Below are positions 8,922 to 18,121 of a DNA stretch of 46,902 nt, in pieces. The stretch covers positions 1-46,902 of IMG/VR virus record IMGVR_UViG_3300020440_000025, one strand, 5' to 3'. Each line of letters opens with the position of its first letter. Position 1 is the first letter of the stretch. The stretch comes from a virus. Its lineage: Duplodnaviria; Caudoviricetes. The notes beneath the pieces were generated by a model that searched no databases, was not told the origin of the DNA, and worked only from the letters and a program-made list of their open reading frames with translations. The position numbers were made by a program, and so were the translations under genes.

Positions 8922-11501
8922 TTAGTTCCCGAAAAAGTTTTTAGTCATTTTCTCAGCAAGGTTACCCATCTGTACAGCCTGCTGAAGTTTTAATCTATCT
9001 TGCGCAGTTTGATCTTTCATCTCCGCAATATCAACCTGTATGTCGTTTCTTTCTTCTGAAAGTTCTTTTTGCGTATCAAGACGTTCTTGATCAAGACCAA
9101 ATCTCTTCTCTGCTTCTTCTGCTTTGCGTTCTACGTCAGCGGCTTTGATGTCTAACTCTTCTCGCCTTAAATCAATCAAAGGATCTTCTGGTTGTTTAGG
9201 TTCAAACGCAGGTGATATCTGATCTACTAGCTCTGCGGTAATCTGTGCAACCTTTGTTTCCAGCACTGCCTGCATCTGTTGTTGCATCTGCTGCATCTGA
9301 GGATTAGGTTGCTGTGGTGGCATACCTGGAATTTGTTGTGGCGGCATACCTGGCATACCAGGTGGTCCGGGCATCTGTTGTTGTTGCATCATTTGCATTT
9401 GTTGTTGCATTTGCATGATCTCTGGATCTTGTTGTGCTTGGTTTCTTGCCATCAAATCTATGTGTGCGTAGATATGTGCCATGACCAATCCTTGTATCTG
9501 AGGATTCGTCTGACAGACAGCAGAGTTATAAAATGATAAGTGAATCTGTATGTGCGCCATATGATCTTGATCAGGGAAAGGCGTAGCAGGTTGCATTGCC
9601 ACAAATCCTGCGTTTTCTAATGCGGCAGCTACTGGCTGTGGCTGTGGCGGAGGCGGTGGGGGCGGCAGTATCTGATCTACCTGTTGTATTCCCATCGCTT
9701 CATACATACGCTTATATGCGTTGTATATGCCCATCGGACCATGTATTTCTGGTGCTGCCTGCACCATTCTCAACATTTCCTGCGCCATCATCACACGCTG
9801 ACTCATAGAGAAAATGTTGGGATCACTGACTGGTATGATATCTATCCGGTCATCAAAGTCAGACTGCTTAACGGTCTGATCGCCATTAGCTGTCATATAC
9901 GGATATTGCGGTGGCAGATAATCTCTGAATAAACCTGCTAACAGATTAAATTCTATCCGCTGTGAATAATGCAATCGTTTGTGAATCGCACTCATCACAC
10001 GGCTACCGCGCTCAAGTAAGGCTACGGTTGTACCGACAGGCGCTTCTTGATTACCATCTCCTATCTGCATGTCTCCGATAGAAGCAAAGCGTCTGCCTGC
10101 ATCAACGAGCATGCCTAACAAATTAAGTAATGTAGCACTGGGTTCTTTAAACGGCAGAGGCATCAACGCCTCACGCAATGACCCACCGGGTGCGTCCATG
10201 TCCCTGAACTCACCGGGCTGGATAGGCACATCGTCATCTCGAATACGGATGCCTCTGGCCTTAAAACCTGCAGGTAGGTTGGACAGTGTGCCTGCGTCAA
10301 TCAACTGTCTGAGTATTGAGGTAGCACCTCTAGACAGACCGCCAATCATATGCGTCAAGCCGAATCCGTAGAACCCTACCCCAGGTAAGAACTTGTAATG
10401 AACAAAGTAATCTATTCTCTTACGAAGTGGATCATTCTGGTTGTAGTTTCTGCGAATGGATAAGATCGTAGATTGTTTGGGTAGAAGAGTAACAATGTAA
10501 GGTAGCTTTATTCCTGTCTCAATGCCTTCAGCGTCAACGTCCTCAAAACCGGGGATATCAAGATCAATGTGCATCTCAAGGATCTCACATTCATCAGAAC
10601 CTGAATCACCTGACGGTTTAACGCCCTGTAACTCATCAATCTCTTCGTTCACACCGTCTGCGGTGTAAGACGGACTGGATCGATAAGATATGTCAGACTT
10701 CTTGTAGAATCCTGACAGTTGTAATTTCTTAACGTCATTGATCGACATATCAATAACGTGCGTAATTCTGGTTGCGCTATCTAAACTGGATGCGCCATAA
10801 GGCACGATCATCTTTTCAGACGGAATGAATCGTGATACCGGACGATCTAAGGTTTGGTCAAAGTGAACCTTCCTGAATGCACTGCCTGAAAGGGGCAGAT
10901 AAAAAAGCATTTGGTCAGTCTCAGGGTCATACTCCTTCATCACCTGCGTGATCTGGTAGTTCATGAACTCCTGAACTCGTGCGGCCTGCAGATCGGTGTT
11001 AGGGCTCATCATGCCCACTACCTGCGTCTTGACCGGACCACCAGAAGGCAACATCTCTTTGTATGCCTGTGCTTGGAACTGTGTGACTGACTCTGCGAGT
11101 AACGGATGAATGATACCGGATGCACCCTCAAAAGGTTCAGTTCTCTCCTCAAACTTCATGCCAAGGAACTCAAGCCCTTCTTTGTACTGCTCTTCCCACT
11201 CCTTGCGAGATGACCTATCGTCTTCGTAATCTGACATACAGTCAGAGTAGATCTTGCCTAAGTCGGCATCATCAATAACTTGTGCGAGGTTTTCAAAGAA
11301 GTCTCCGCCTTGCTCCATCATGGGTGCAGGTGGCATGCCTACAAGCATGGTGCCGTCTTCTAATATTTCATTATCGTCATCATCAAAATCCTCAAACATC
11401 TCATCAATGCGAGGCTCTACATCAACTGTAATTTCTTTTGTGTTGTCCTGAATATCAAGATCAGCTTTATCTAGATCGTCAACACCACGTTCAATGGCCA
11501 T
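8922..11501 (-). CDS. Portal protein
   Basis: 859 aa, HPLLAESVTQFQAQAYKE...FVHYKFLPG.GFYGFGL...LIDAGTLSNLPAGFKARG; P22-like portal with a coiled-coil C-terminus; lies between terL and the scaffold. Confidence 0.85.
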   Translation of the reverse strand: MAIERGVDDLDKADLDIQDNTKEITVDVEPRIDEMFEDFDDDDNEILEDGTMLVGMPPAPMMEQGGDFFENLAQVIDDADLGKIYSDCMSDYEDDRSSRKEWEEQYKEGLEFLGMKFEERTEPFEGASGIIHPLLAESVTQFQAQAYKEMLPSGGPVKTQVVGMMSPNTDLQAARVQEFMNYQITQVMKEYDPETDQMLFYLPLSGSAFRKVHFDQTLDRPVSRFIPSEKMIVPYGASSLDSATRITHVIDMSINDVKKLQLSGFYKKSDISYRSSPSYTADGVNEEIDELQGVKPSGDSGSDECEILEMHIDLDIPGFEDVDAEGIETGIKLPYIVTLLPKQSTILSIRRNYNQNDPLRKRIDYFVHYKFLPGVGFYGFGLTHMIGGLSRGATSILRQLIDAGTLSNLPAGFKARGIRIRDDDVPIQPGEFRDMDAPGGSLREALMPLPFKEPSATLLNLLGMLVDAGRRFASIGDMQIGDGNQEAPVGTTVALLERGSRVMSAIHKRLHYSQRIEFNLLAGLFRDYLPPQYPYMTANGDQTVKQSDFDDRIDIIPVSDPNIFSMSQRVMMAQEMLRMVQAAPEIHGPMGIYNAYKRMYEAMGIQQVDQILPPPPPPPQPQPVAAALENAGFVAMQPATPFPDQDHMAHIQIHLSFYNSAVCQTNPQIQGLVMAHIYAHIDLMARNQAQQDPEIMQMQQQMQMMQQQQMPGPPGMPGMPPQQIPGMPPQQPNPQMQQMQQQMQAVLETKVAQITAELVDQISPAFEPKQPEDPLIDLRREELDIKAADVERKAEEAEKRFGLDQERLDTQKELSEERNDIQVDIAEMKDQTAQDRLKLQQAVQMGNLAEKMTKNFFGN

Positions 11502-11507
11502 ATGATT

Positions 11508-12095
11508 CTATCCCCACTTGGATTCCCATTTAGTGCCTTTTCCACTTTTCTTCATTGCTTTCTTTTTAACTGGTTTTTTCTTATTGACTGATCCGCCATC
11601 TTTTAATTTAGTTGTTAAGTTTCTAATTTGAGTAGAAGGATTAACAGGTTTTTTTCTTTCATCTCTAGCTTTAGTTAATTCTTTGCCAGTCTTTTCTTCA
11701 TTAGCTCTTTTTTGAGATTCTTTTTTCAAATATTTTTCAAGATCTTTTTTAATTTCTTCTTCATTTATTTTAAGTTCTTTTAGTGCTTTTGAACGTGATT
11801 TTTCATCAAGCTGAAGATCTAAATATCTTTCATAAGATTTTGCTGTAGGATCTCTAAAAATAGTATTTTTTCTAGATTCTGATAGCTCTTCTTTTGTTTT
11901 TCTATCTTTTTTTATAATATTTCTTTCTTTATTTTTTATTCTTTTTTGTATGTCTTCAGAAAGGTTATTAAAAATATAATCAGACCTTTCTTGTTTTTTT
12001 AATTCTTTTGCATTTGCTTTCTTTCTAATATGAGTTTTAAGTTTATCAGTGCCACTTTCAATTAATTTATTTAAGACACTTGCTTTTTTTGTCAT
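11508..12095 (-). CDS. Lys/Glu-rich basic protein (195 aa)
   Basis: AT-rich ORF coupled to its neighbours; contains an LKDGG motif. Confidence 0.65.
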   Translation of the reverse strand: MTKKASVLNKLIESGTDKLKTHIRKKANAKELKKQERSDYIFNNLSEDIQKRIKNKERNIIKKDRKTKEELSESRKNTIFRDPTAKSYERYLDLQLDEKSRSKALKELKINEEEIKKDLEKYLKKESQKRANEEKTGKELTKARDERKKPVNPSTQIRNLTTKLKDGGSVNKKKPVKKKAMKKSGKGTKWESKWG

Positions 12096-12775
12096 CAGTC
12101 ATCTTCCCGATAAAGATTGTCAAATATCTGGTTTACGTCAAGCGTGTAGTCAAGATCCGACTTGGAATAATGAATATGCTGTGACGGTTTAAAATCCGGT
12201 GCGCCTTCTCCTGTCTCAAACCAAGCAGGGTGCGTGACCCTCACTCTGTTATTCGGTAATGCCACTATGTTACCTGTCCACTTTCCTGCATCCAACAACT
12301 CCATCACATGACTTTGTTTATGTTGTGCAGGATCATCGCCTATTTCACTCTCTGTGTAGTCAACTGTAAAGAGATATTTTGCAGGATAGAACTCACCGTC
12401 TATCTTTGCAATCCACGGACATGGCTGACATCTCTCTAACACATACACCGCATGGTGTCTGGAAGAACAATCCCAAGGCTGTGCGGCCCAGACTGGCATA
12501 GGTTCAGGCCAATCCTCAAAGGGGGTATCTCCTACCAGAGCCGTGATGGGCATCCTTGCCCACATAGCCCCACCATGTATGTTCTCTTCTCCCTCCTCTT
12601 CGTCAGCTTCACACCCGGTGAAGATAACTTGAAAGCTCAAACACCTGCTAGGCAGGGTAGTCACGGCAATGACCATGGCGTGTATGAACTCACCATGGTA
12701 TCGCTCGTGATTGACCGTATACTCTCTCCTCACCCACGCTTTAAAGTGAGGAATATTACTTTGTAAATACGCCAT
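12095..12775 (-). CDS. Conserved phage protein of unknown function (226 aa)
   Basis: MAYLQSNIPHFKAWVRREY...GGAMWARMPITAL...QPWDC...YLFTVD...PNNR; globular composition. Confidence 0.75.
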   Translation of the reverse strand: MAYLQSNIPHFKAWVRREYTVNHERYHGEFIHAMVIAVTTLPSRCLSFQVIFTGCEADEEEGEENIHGGAMWARMPITALVGDTPFEDWPEPMPVWAAQPWDCSSRHHAVYVLERCQPCPWIAKIDGEFYPAKYLFTVDYTESEIGDDPAQHKQSHVMELLDAGKWTGNIVALPNNRVRVTHPAWFETGEGAPDFKPSQHIHYSKSDLDYTLDVNQIFDNLYREDD

Positions 12776-12824
12776 ACTTTTTTATCCATTTACCCAATTG
12801 CGACCCTCAAAAGGGTCAAAAGCC

Positions 12825-14114
12825 TTATCTCATTATCGCTCCGCCTCCACGAGTCGCAGCGCCCATGCTGCTTTTTCTCTTTGAGGTTCTCTTAACTTTA
12901 GTAGCGGCTCCGCCTTTGGCATAACCTTTTTTGGCCATTCCACCTTTGGCATAGCCTTTCTTCTTCATCATGCCGCCTTTAGCCATTTTTGCACCTTGTT
13001 GTTGCTTTTTGGCTGCTGGCGATCCTTTTTTGTCTCCACGCCTGTTGGGTTTAACCTTGCCCCCAGAACCAGAGGCTGCATAGTCTTGCGCCATTCTTTT
13101 TTTAATCTCTTCTTTGCTTACTCCATATTCACTTGCCATTTTGCTAATGAGGCGATCCATCATCTTTGCTTGTTTTGCAGATTCTTGCGCAGCATCACCG
13201 CCTTCGTTCATGTAACCCATTTTATTTCTGACTGCGGTAGGCAACTTCTTCAAACCTTTTTGATCAGCACCAGCTTTCTTCAAGTTGGCAGATCCACCCA
13301 TGGCATAACCTTTCTTTTTCATGGCTCCGCCATTAGCTTTGCCCTTGGCTTTCATCATGCCGCCCATGTTCTTTTTCTTAGTTTTTCTTCTAATGCCCAA
13401 ACCAAGATCTGGATCAATTAAGCCTGCCTCTCCACCAAACTGCTCATCTTTACCAAGCAAGACTTTGGCAAGTGCGCCTCCAAAAGGTCTTACTCTTGGC
13501 ATGAACTTACCTTTAAGTCTTCTAGGCTTGCCAGTTGTAGTTGTTGTAGTTGTTGTAGTTGTTGTGCTTCCGTTTTTTTTCTTTTTGGGTTTATCTGAAT
13601 CAGCAGATGCAGATGAAATAATTTTGCCTTTGTCTTTGCCTTTATTTAAAGCTTTTCTTACTTGGTCAGGCGTTAATCTATTTTTGTAATCTTTTTTGAA
13701 TTGTTCCTGAGTTCGCTTGCTATCTTTCTTTGGCTTACCTGCTCTTGATAATTCTACCGCTGATCCGCCTGCTACAGGAGTTCCGCCATATACAGCAACC
13801 CTTGATTTGGTTCTTTCTTTAGCTGCTTCTTTTTTAGTAATAAATCTACCAGTGCCTCCAGGCCTATCTTTAACGTACTCACCACCTTTTTTGGTAGTTT
13901 TTACGTCAGCGATTTTATTCATTAATTCTTTTTCTTTTTTCGCAATGTTTTTTGGGCTTAGACTTCTTATTGTTCTGTTTATGAAGGTGTCAGCAACGCC
14001 TGCTTGTTTCGCTTTTTTTACCGTGGATGTTAATGTTTTTATTGCTGAATCAAATAAGCTTAATTTCTTTTTGTCTTTTGGTGGTTCTACTTCTATACCT
14101 GCTACTGTGGCCAT
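12825..14114 (-). CDS. Highly basic Lys/Gly-rich protein (possible DNA-condensing internal head protein)
   Basis: 429 aa with repeated KKGYAKGG/MAKGG units and a poly-Thr tract; directly downstream of terL. Confidence 0.7.
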   Translation of the reverse strand: MATVAGIEVEPPKDKKKLSLFDSAIKTLTSTVKKAKQAGVADTFINRTIRSLSPKNIAKKEKELMNKIADVKTTKKGGEYVKDRPGGTGRFITKKEAAKERTKSRVAVYGGTPVAGGSAVELSRAGKPKKDSKRTQEQFKKDYKNRLTPDQVRKALNKGKDKGKIISSASADSDKPKKKKNGSTTTTTTTTTTTGKPRRLKGKFMPRVRPFGGALAKVLLGKDEQFGGEAGLIDPDLGLGIRRKTKKKNMGGMMKAKGKANGGAMKKKGYAMGGSANLKKAGADQKGLKKLPTAVRNKMGYMNEGGDAAQESAKQAKMMDRLISKMASEYGVSKEEIKKRMAQDYAASGSGGKVKPNRRGDKKGSPAAKKQQQGAKMAKGGMMKKKGYAKGGMAKKGYAKGGAATKVKRTSKRKSSMGAATRGGGAIMR

Positions 14115-14135
14115 CTATAATTCTCCCTTTAGGGT

Positions 14136-15599
14136 CTAATAATAGGAAATCCTTTTTCGGTACACTTCTTCTTCAACCTCGTCAGATTGAAGCGATATAA
14201 AGTTACCTTGTCTAAATCTTAGTACAGCTTGTGTCATAGAGTCTACATAATCATCGTGTTCTCCAAAAGGAAAAGATGCACATTCCTCTATAACTTCTTC
14301 TGCAAACAGATAATCGGGAGCCCAAACAAGTCCTGACTCAAATACCGGGCTGGCAGAGTGGACTCTGGTCATCTTGTCGTTCCCTCGACTGGGGCGATAA
14401 TTCACAACAGGTATGCCCATCATGCGGAGCTCGTGTGTAAGGGGCGTACCGCTGGCCTGGGACTCTATCAACACCATGTCAGGGTTGTATTCACGGTAGG
14501 CTTCGTAGGCAACGGCCTTCAATTCAGGGAAATCCCACCTGCCACGCTCTGCATTCAGCAGGATAATCGCATCTGCCATGCTGTCACCCGGACTGAACAC
14601 GCCCCAAGTGGTAATTGCACTGTAATCTGCGTTTGCCTTCTTGGAAAAAGCGGTGTCATAGGACTGAATGATGTAATTGCAGCTAGGTGGCGAGTCCTTG
14701 GTCCAGATATTCCACCATTCTCGCTTAATAATGGCCCCTTCTTCCGAAGTGGGGTTCTGTTGGTACTGTGCATTCCACTTCATCACCGGAATCGAGGCCT
14801 TAACCGACTCTAATTCCTCTTTCTTCCAGAACTCTGGCCACAATACGTTGCCTGTATCCTCGAAAATGGCAGGCAACTCAATGACTTCCCAGTTATCTGC
14901 GTGATTTTCGGTCTGTCTGCCCAATAATTTGCCTGTCAGGTCGATGGTAGACCAACGTGTCATGACAATAACGATGGCTCCGCCAGGCTGTAGACGCTGT
15001 CTGGGGCCAGATGTGTACCAATCGTAGGCTCCCTCCATGGCAGTCAGGGATAATGCGTCCTGTTCAGAGTGCGGATCGTCAATAATTAATAAATCTGCAC
15101 CCCGGCCTGTGATGGCTCCACCGACACCTGCTGCGAAATATTCCCCCCCCTGTGATGTTTCCCACCTTCCGGCAGATTTTGAGTCAGCCGCCAAAGAAAC
15201 ATTATCAAACATCCGCTTATATTCCTGAGTGTCCATAAGGTTCCTTACCTTTCTACCGAAACGTATGGATAAATCAGCGGTGTGGGTGGTCTGCATGATC
15301 TTCATGTCAGGTTTAAGTCCCATGACCCACGAGGGGAAGTACACAGAGGCGAATTCGGATTTGGTGTGCCTAGGGGGCATGTTGACGATTAAACGCTTAC
15401 ATTTGCCTTGAGCGACCTCTGTGAGCTTGTCTGCGATAAGGCGATGGTGTTCGCCCTCAATGAACCCATCCCAGATGTACCGGACGTACTCCATGAATGA
15501 TTGCCTGCACTGGTCTTGGGACTCAAGCATGGATAGACGATCCTTGAGCATAAGGATCTCTTTCATCTCAGATTCAGGAATGTGCGCCAAGCTACCCAA
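14136..15599 (-). CDS. terL: Terminase large subunit
   Basis: ATPase motifs NMPPRHTKS, GAITGRGADLLIIDDP and VMTRW; nuclease motifs SYDTA and HDDYVDS. ORF track runs to 15662; TTG 15599 is my guess at the start. Confidence 0.92.
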   Translation of the reverse strand: MGSLAHIPESEMKEILMLKDRLSMLESQDQCRQSFMEYVRYIWDGFIEGEHHRLIADKLTEVAQGKCKRLIVNMPPRHTKSEFASVYFPSWVMGLKPDMKIMQTTHTADLSIRFGRKVRNLMDTQEYKRMFDNVSLAADSKSAGRWETSQGGEYFAAGVGGAITGRGADLLIIDDPHSEQDALSLTAMEGAYDWYTSGPRQRLQPGGAIVIVMTRWSTIDLTGKLLGRQTENHADNWEVIELPAIFEDTGNVLWPEFWKKEELESVKASIPVMKWNAQYQQNPTSEEGAIIKREWWNIWTKDSPPSCNYIIQSYDTAFSKKANADYSAITTWGVFSPGDSMADAIILLNAERGRWDFPELKAVAYEAYREYNPDMVLIESQASGTPLTHELRMMGIPVVNYRPSRGNDKMTRVHSASPVFESGLVWAPDYLFAEEVIEECASFPFGEHDDYVDSMTQAVLRFRQGNFISLQSDEVEEEVYRKRISYY

Positions 15600-15670
15600 T
15601 CGTTTTCTCACAGAATTGTATGTGGTGATTGATATATTATAGACAACCGCACAGCGTGTCACGTTTGGGG

Positions 15671-15720
15671 GGGGTCGGGTCTTGAAAAAAAGATTGCGGC
15701 AAAATTCAAGACCCGACCCC
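15671..15720. repeat. Perfect 16-bp inverted repeat
   Basis: GGGGTCGGGTCTTGAA (15671-15686) and TTCAAGACCCGACCCC (15705-15720), with an 18-nt spacer. Confidence 0.9.
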
Positions 15721-15734
15721 TAGGGAACCTAGCA

Positions 15735-15750
15735 CTGTATAAACATACAG
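15735..15750. promoter_or_regulatory. LexA-type SOS box 1
   Basis: CTGTATAAACATACAG fits the CTGT-N8-ACAG consensus of Gamma/Betaproteobacteria. Confidence 0.75.
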
Positions 15751-15785
15751 TAGATGACTGCAGCTGCTATCGAGGTCGATCAATA

Positions 15786-15801
15786 CTGTATAAACATACA
15801 G
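15786..15801. promoter_or_regulatory. LexA-type SOS box 2
   Basis: Identical copy of CTGTATAAACATACAG, 51 bp from box 1. Confidence 0.75.
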
Positions 15802-15855
15802 TAAACAACAGTGTATTTTGTACATGTTTTGTACATATTATTTATTTATATAAGG

Positions 15856-15884
15856 TTGATTATACTTTTATGCTATGATACTGT
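15856..15884 (+). promoter_or_regulatory. Putative sigma70 early promoter
   Basis: TTGATT-N17-TACTGT with an extended -10 TG and AT-rich upstream sequence. Confidence 0.5.
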
Positions 15885-15935
15885 GGTTACATGTTCCACA
15901 GCGGGACACAAACAAAACTTTTTAGGAGAGAACAA

Positions 15936-16262
15936 ATGAGAGTATCAGAATATCTAGCAAATAAGGCCGAGCTCAAAGCGGCTAAGAAAAGGTTACAAGC
16001 GTTAGAGAATGAAATTAAGGCTTTCGAGTCTAAGCATAAACTAGAGTTAAAGGATAACTTCGATATCTCGCTATCGAGTTCAAAGTCTAAGGTAATGCTT
16101 AATAAAGATTTTCAAGTATTGAGAAATCTTAGCTTAACACCGAGCGCCACTAGTAACGGATTTAATTACAGGTTTAAAGGTGTAGAAGGTCGAATCTCTT
16201 ACATCGGAGAGCAAGTAAGAAAGGCACACTTTCAAATCGTTTGCGGCCTTAACGCTAAATAA
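15936..16262 (+). CDS. Early hypothetical protein
   Basis: ORF track 15891..16262; AGGAG RBS precedes ATG 15936. Confidence 0.75.
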   Translation: MRVSEYLANKAELKAAKKRLQALENEIKAFESKHKLELKDNFDISLSSSKSKVMLNKDFQVLRNLSLTPSATSNGFNYRFKGVEGRISYIGEQVRKAHFQIVCGLNAK

Positions 16263-16309
16263 AAACTAAACGGAGCCCTTCGGGGCTCCACAACTTTGGA
16301 GAGAGTAGA

Positions 16310-16477
16310 ATGATATCAAAAATATTATCTTTAATTATGGCGGCCTGGATTGGAATTACTGTGGTCTGGCTAGGATCGGAGGTCAACACGATCAAAGGAG
16401 CTCTAATGATCACAACGTGTTTTTTCTCAGGACTGTTTGCTTATTGGCTATTCGATTTCATAGCCGAGTCAGACTAA
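16310..16477 (+). CDS. Small membrane protein (55 aa, two hydrophobic segments)
   Basis: Hand-translated: MISKILSLIMAAWIGITVVWLGSEVNTIKGALMITTCFFSGLFAYWLFDFIAESD; GGAG RBS. Confidence 0.7.
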   Translation: MISKILSLIMAAWIGITVVWLGSEVNTIKGALMITTCFFSGLFAYWLFDFIAESD

Positions 16478-16525
16478 AACTAAAACCGGGAGCTCTAGCG
16501 AGCTCCCACAACCTAGGGGTAAATT

Positions 16526-16759
16526 ATGGATATACATTGTAAATTTTGCGGTGAGCCTTGGGATAATGATTTCTTACACGATTGCGTAGAGGATGAGTTA
16601 TTCAATTCTTACCAGGCAGCTGCTAAATCGTTTAGCCAATATGGTTGCGGTTTCAGAGAGCATACCAAATGCACGGCTCCAACTGTAGACGATGGTGCAG
16701 CATGGTATGCCCAAGTACAGCAGGAATTATCTGATCATCCCGATGACTGGATGGCGTAA
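16526..16759 (+). CDS. Early small Cys-containing protein (77 aa)
   Basis: MDIHCKFCGEPWD; AGGGG RBS. Confidence 0.75.
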   Translation: MDIHCKFCGEPWDNDFLHDCVEDELFNSYQAAAKSFSQYGCGFREHTKCTAPTVDDGAAWYAQVQQELSDHPDDWMA

Positions 16760-16766
16760 ACTAACC

Positions 16767-16795
16767 GGGAGAGCCTTGAGCTCTCCCTTTTTTTT
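16767..16795 (+). terminator. Intrinsic terminator
   Basis: GGGAGAGC-CTTGA-GCTCTCCC followed by T8. Confidence 0.8.
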
Positions 16796-16804
16796 GGCTA
16801 TACT
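16776..16804 (+). promoter_or_regulatory. Putative sigma70 promoter overlapping the terminator
   Basis: TTGAGC-N17-TATACT. Confidence 0.5.
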
Positions 16805-16830
16805 AATAAGCGATAACTAGGGGAAACATA

Positions 16831-17010
16831 ATGTCAAAACAAAATAAAAAACTAGCGAGAGCTAAACGCATAAAGAAAAAAATGAATGTCGAAAGATCTC
16901 AGAAAACTAAATTAGAAAAAGTAAACCTAAGAAATGCTAGGAATAAGGTTACTTGGTCGCACACCAAAAGAGCAAATTCTAAGATTACATTTAATCCGAT
17001 CCTCACCTAG
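16831..17010 (+). CDS. Small very basic protein (59 aa)
   Basis: Hand-translated: MSKQNKKLARAKRIKKKMNVERSQKTKLEKVNLRNARNKVTWSHTKRANSKITFNPILT; TAGGGG RBS. Confidence 0.65.
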   Translation: MSKQNKKLARAKRIKKKMNVERSQKTKLEKVNLRNARNKVTWSHTKRANSKITFNPILT

Positions 17011-17027
17011 CAGCCGAGCTCGGCCAG

Positions 17028-17099
17028 GGCCGCAAGCATACCAGGCCGCAAGTATATATAAACGGCCAAGGCCGCAAGTAAGATAACCAAGGCCGCAAG
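17028..17099 (+). repeat. GGCCGCAAG direct-repeat cluster 1 (4 copies)
   Basis: Copies at 17028, 17044, 17070 and 17091, in non-coding DNA. Confidence 0.9.
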
Positions 17100-17112
17100 T
17101 TCTCTCCAAGAT

Positions 17113-17139
17113 AGCCCCATTTCGGTGGGGCTTTTTTTT
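17113..17139 (+). terminator. Intrinsic terminator
   Basis: AGCCCCAT-TTCG-GTGGGGCT followed by a T-tract. Confidence 0.8.
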
Positions 17140-17167
17140 GTACACTACTACTTAAATTTGTTATACT
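17138..17167 (+). promoter_or_regulatory. Putative sigma70 promoter
   Basis: TTGTAC-N18-TATACT with an extended -10 TG. Confidence 0.45.
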
Positions 17168-17211
17168 TATAAGCAATACGCAATGGTGCGTAGACACTTG
17201 GAGAAAATGAT

Positions 17212-17433
17212 ATGTTCGGAAAAGACAAACAACCAATCAAGTATTGGGAAGAAAATTACAATCAAGGTTACATTGATATTGAGGATACCGTTGATCATTT
17301 TAGAAATGAGCACGGAAATCTTATAGTTAAGCACAAAGATGGGAGGTGGGCGGACGTTCACGATTGGCTGCCATGTGACGATGGCCGATGCATTCATGGC
17401 GTGAGATGGTGGATAGAAAAGGAGGAAAAATAA
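17212..17433 (+). CDS. Early hypothetical protein (73 aa)
   Basis: TTGGAG RBS; co-oriented with the early cluster. Confidence 0.7.
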   Translation: MFGKDKQPIKYWEENYNQGYIDIEDTVDHFRNEHGNLIVKHKDGRWADVHDWLPCDDGRCIHGVRWWIEKEEK

Positions 17434-17434
17434 C

Positions 17435-17833
17435 ATGGCTATATGTTGGAGAAACTACATACATGCGGAAGTAATTTTTACTTACGCACACCACGAACAA
17501 CAAATGGGGAAGCAAGATTTTAAGCTTGATATCACTGAGTCAGAAGACAAGATTATCTATAACTTAATTAAATCTATGTTCGACACTGAAAACGAATACA
17601 TCGGAGAATACGAGCGAGAAATGATGAGCGACATTGTTAAGGTGTCGTTTTGTCTTTCCAACACTGAGCTCCCCACTAAAATGAAAAAGAAAGAGGCGGA
17701 ACAAGTTTGGAATTTACCATTTATGAAAGCTTTCTTAGCTCGTAACGGTAAGTATTACTTTGACGAAGAGCAACGTGACGAAGTTGAGTCATCTATCAAG
17801 GAGTTGATTGATTGTTGTGAGGAGGAGGCGTAA
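17435..17833 (+). CDS. Early hypothetical acidic protein (132 aa)
   Basis: AGGAGG RBS. Confidence 0.75.
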   Translation: MAICWRNYIHAEVIFTYAHHEQQMGKQDFKLDITESEDKIIYNLIKSMFDTENEYIGEYEREMMSDIVKVSFCLSNTELPTKMKKKEAEQVWNLPFMKAFLARNGKYYFDEEQRDEVESSIKELIDCCEEEA

Positions 17834-17845
17834 GCCTCCTTTTTT
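17823..17845 (+). terminator. Intrinsic terminator
   Basis: AGGAGGC-GTAA-GCCTCCT followed by a T-tract. Confidence 0.7.
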
Positions 17846-17870
17846 ATTTAAACCTAGGAGGAAAAGACTA

Positions 17871-18101
17871 ATGAACTTTGATATCAAAATATACTCACAA
17901 GACACAAGTGACGTTTACAAAATGGATGGGAGACCTGTTTGGAATATTGAGGTCACCGAAAATTACGAAGGGGACAAATGGCACGTAGTGGTTTTTGAAA
18001 TCGATGACCTGGACTTTAACCATTTTGATACCAGGGGATTTGATACACCAAATGAAGTGTTCGAGTATCTTCGGGAGCTCGGCAACTTTCCAAAGGAGTA
18101 G
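17871..18101 (+). CDS. Early hypothetical acidic protein
   Basis: ORF track 17808..18101; AGGAGG RBS precedes ATG 17871. Confidence 0.7.
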   Translation: MNFDIKIYSQDTSDVYKMDGRPVWNIEVTENYEGDKWHVVVFEIDDLDFNHFDTRGFDTPNEVFEYLRELGNFPKE

Positions 18102-18121
18102 GGGCTCCGCCCCTCCCACCT

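Noticed and set aside
9270-9420. CAG/CAA-rich repeats in the portal gene, and similar ones at 28390-28520 in the SSB gene
   Set aside because: They are in-frame Gln/Pro/Met-rich linkers, explained by the protein sequence.
13533-13564. (GTTGTA/GTT)n tract
   Set aside because: It encodes the poly-Thr stretch of the basic protein; ordinary coding low complexity.
1915-15642. Many plus-strand ORFs antisense to the structural genes, and similar shadows elsewhere
   Set aside because: They are fully overlapped by well-supported genes on the other strand and lack RBSs or recognisable motifs.
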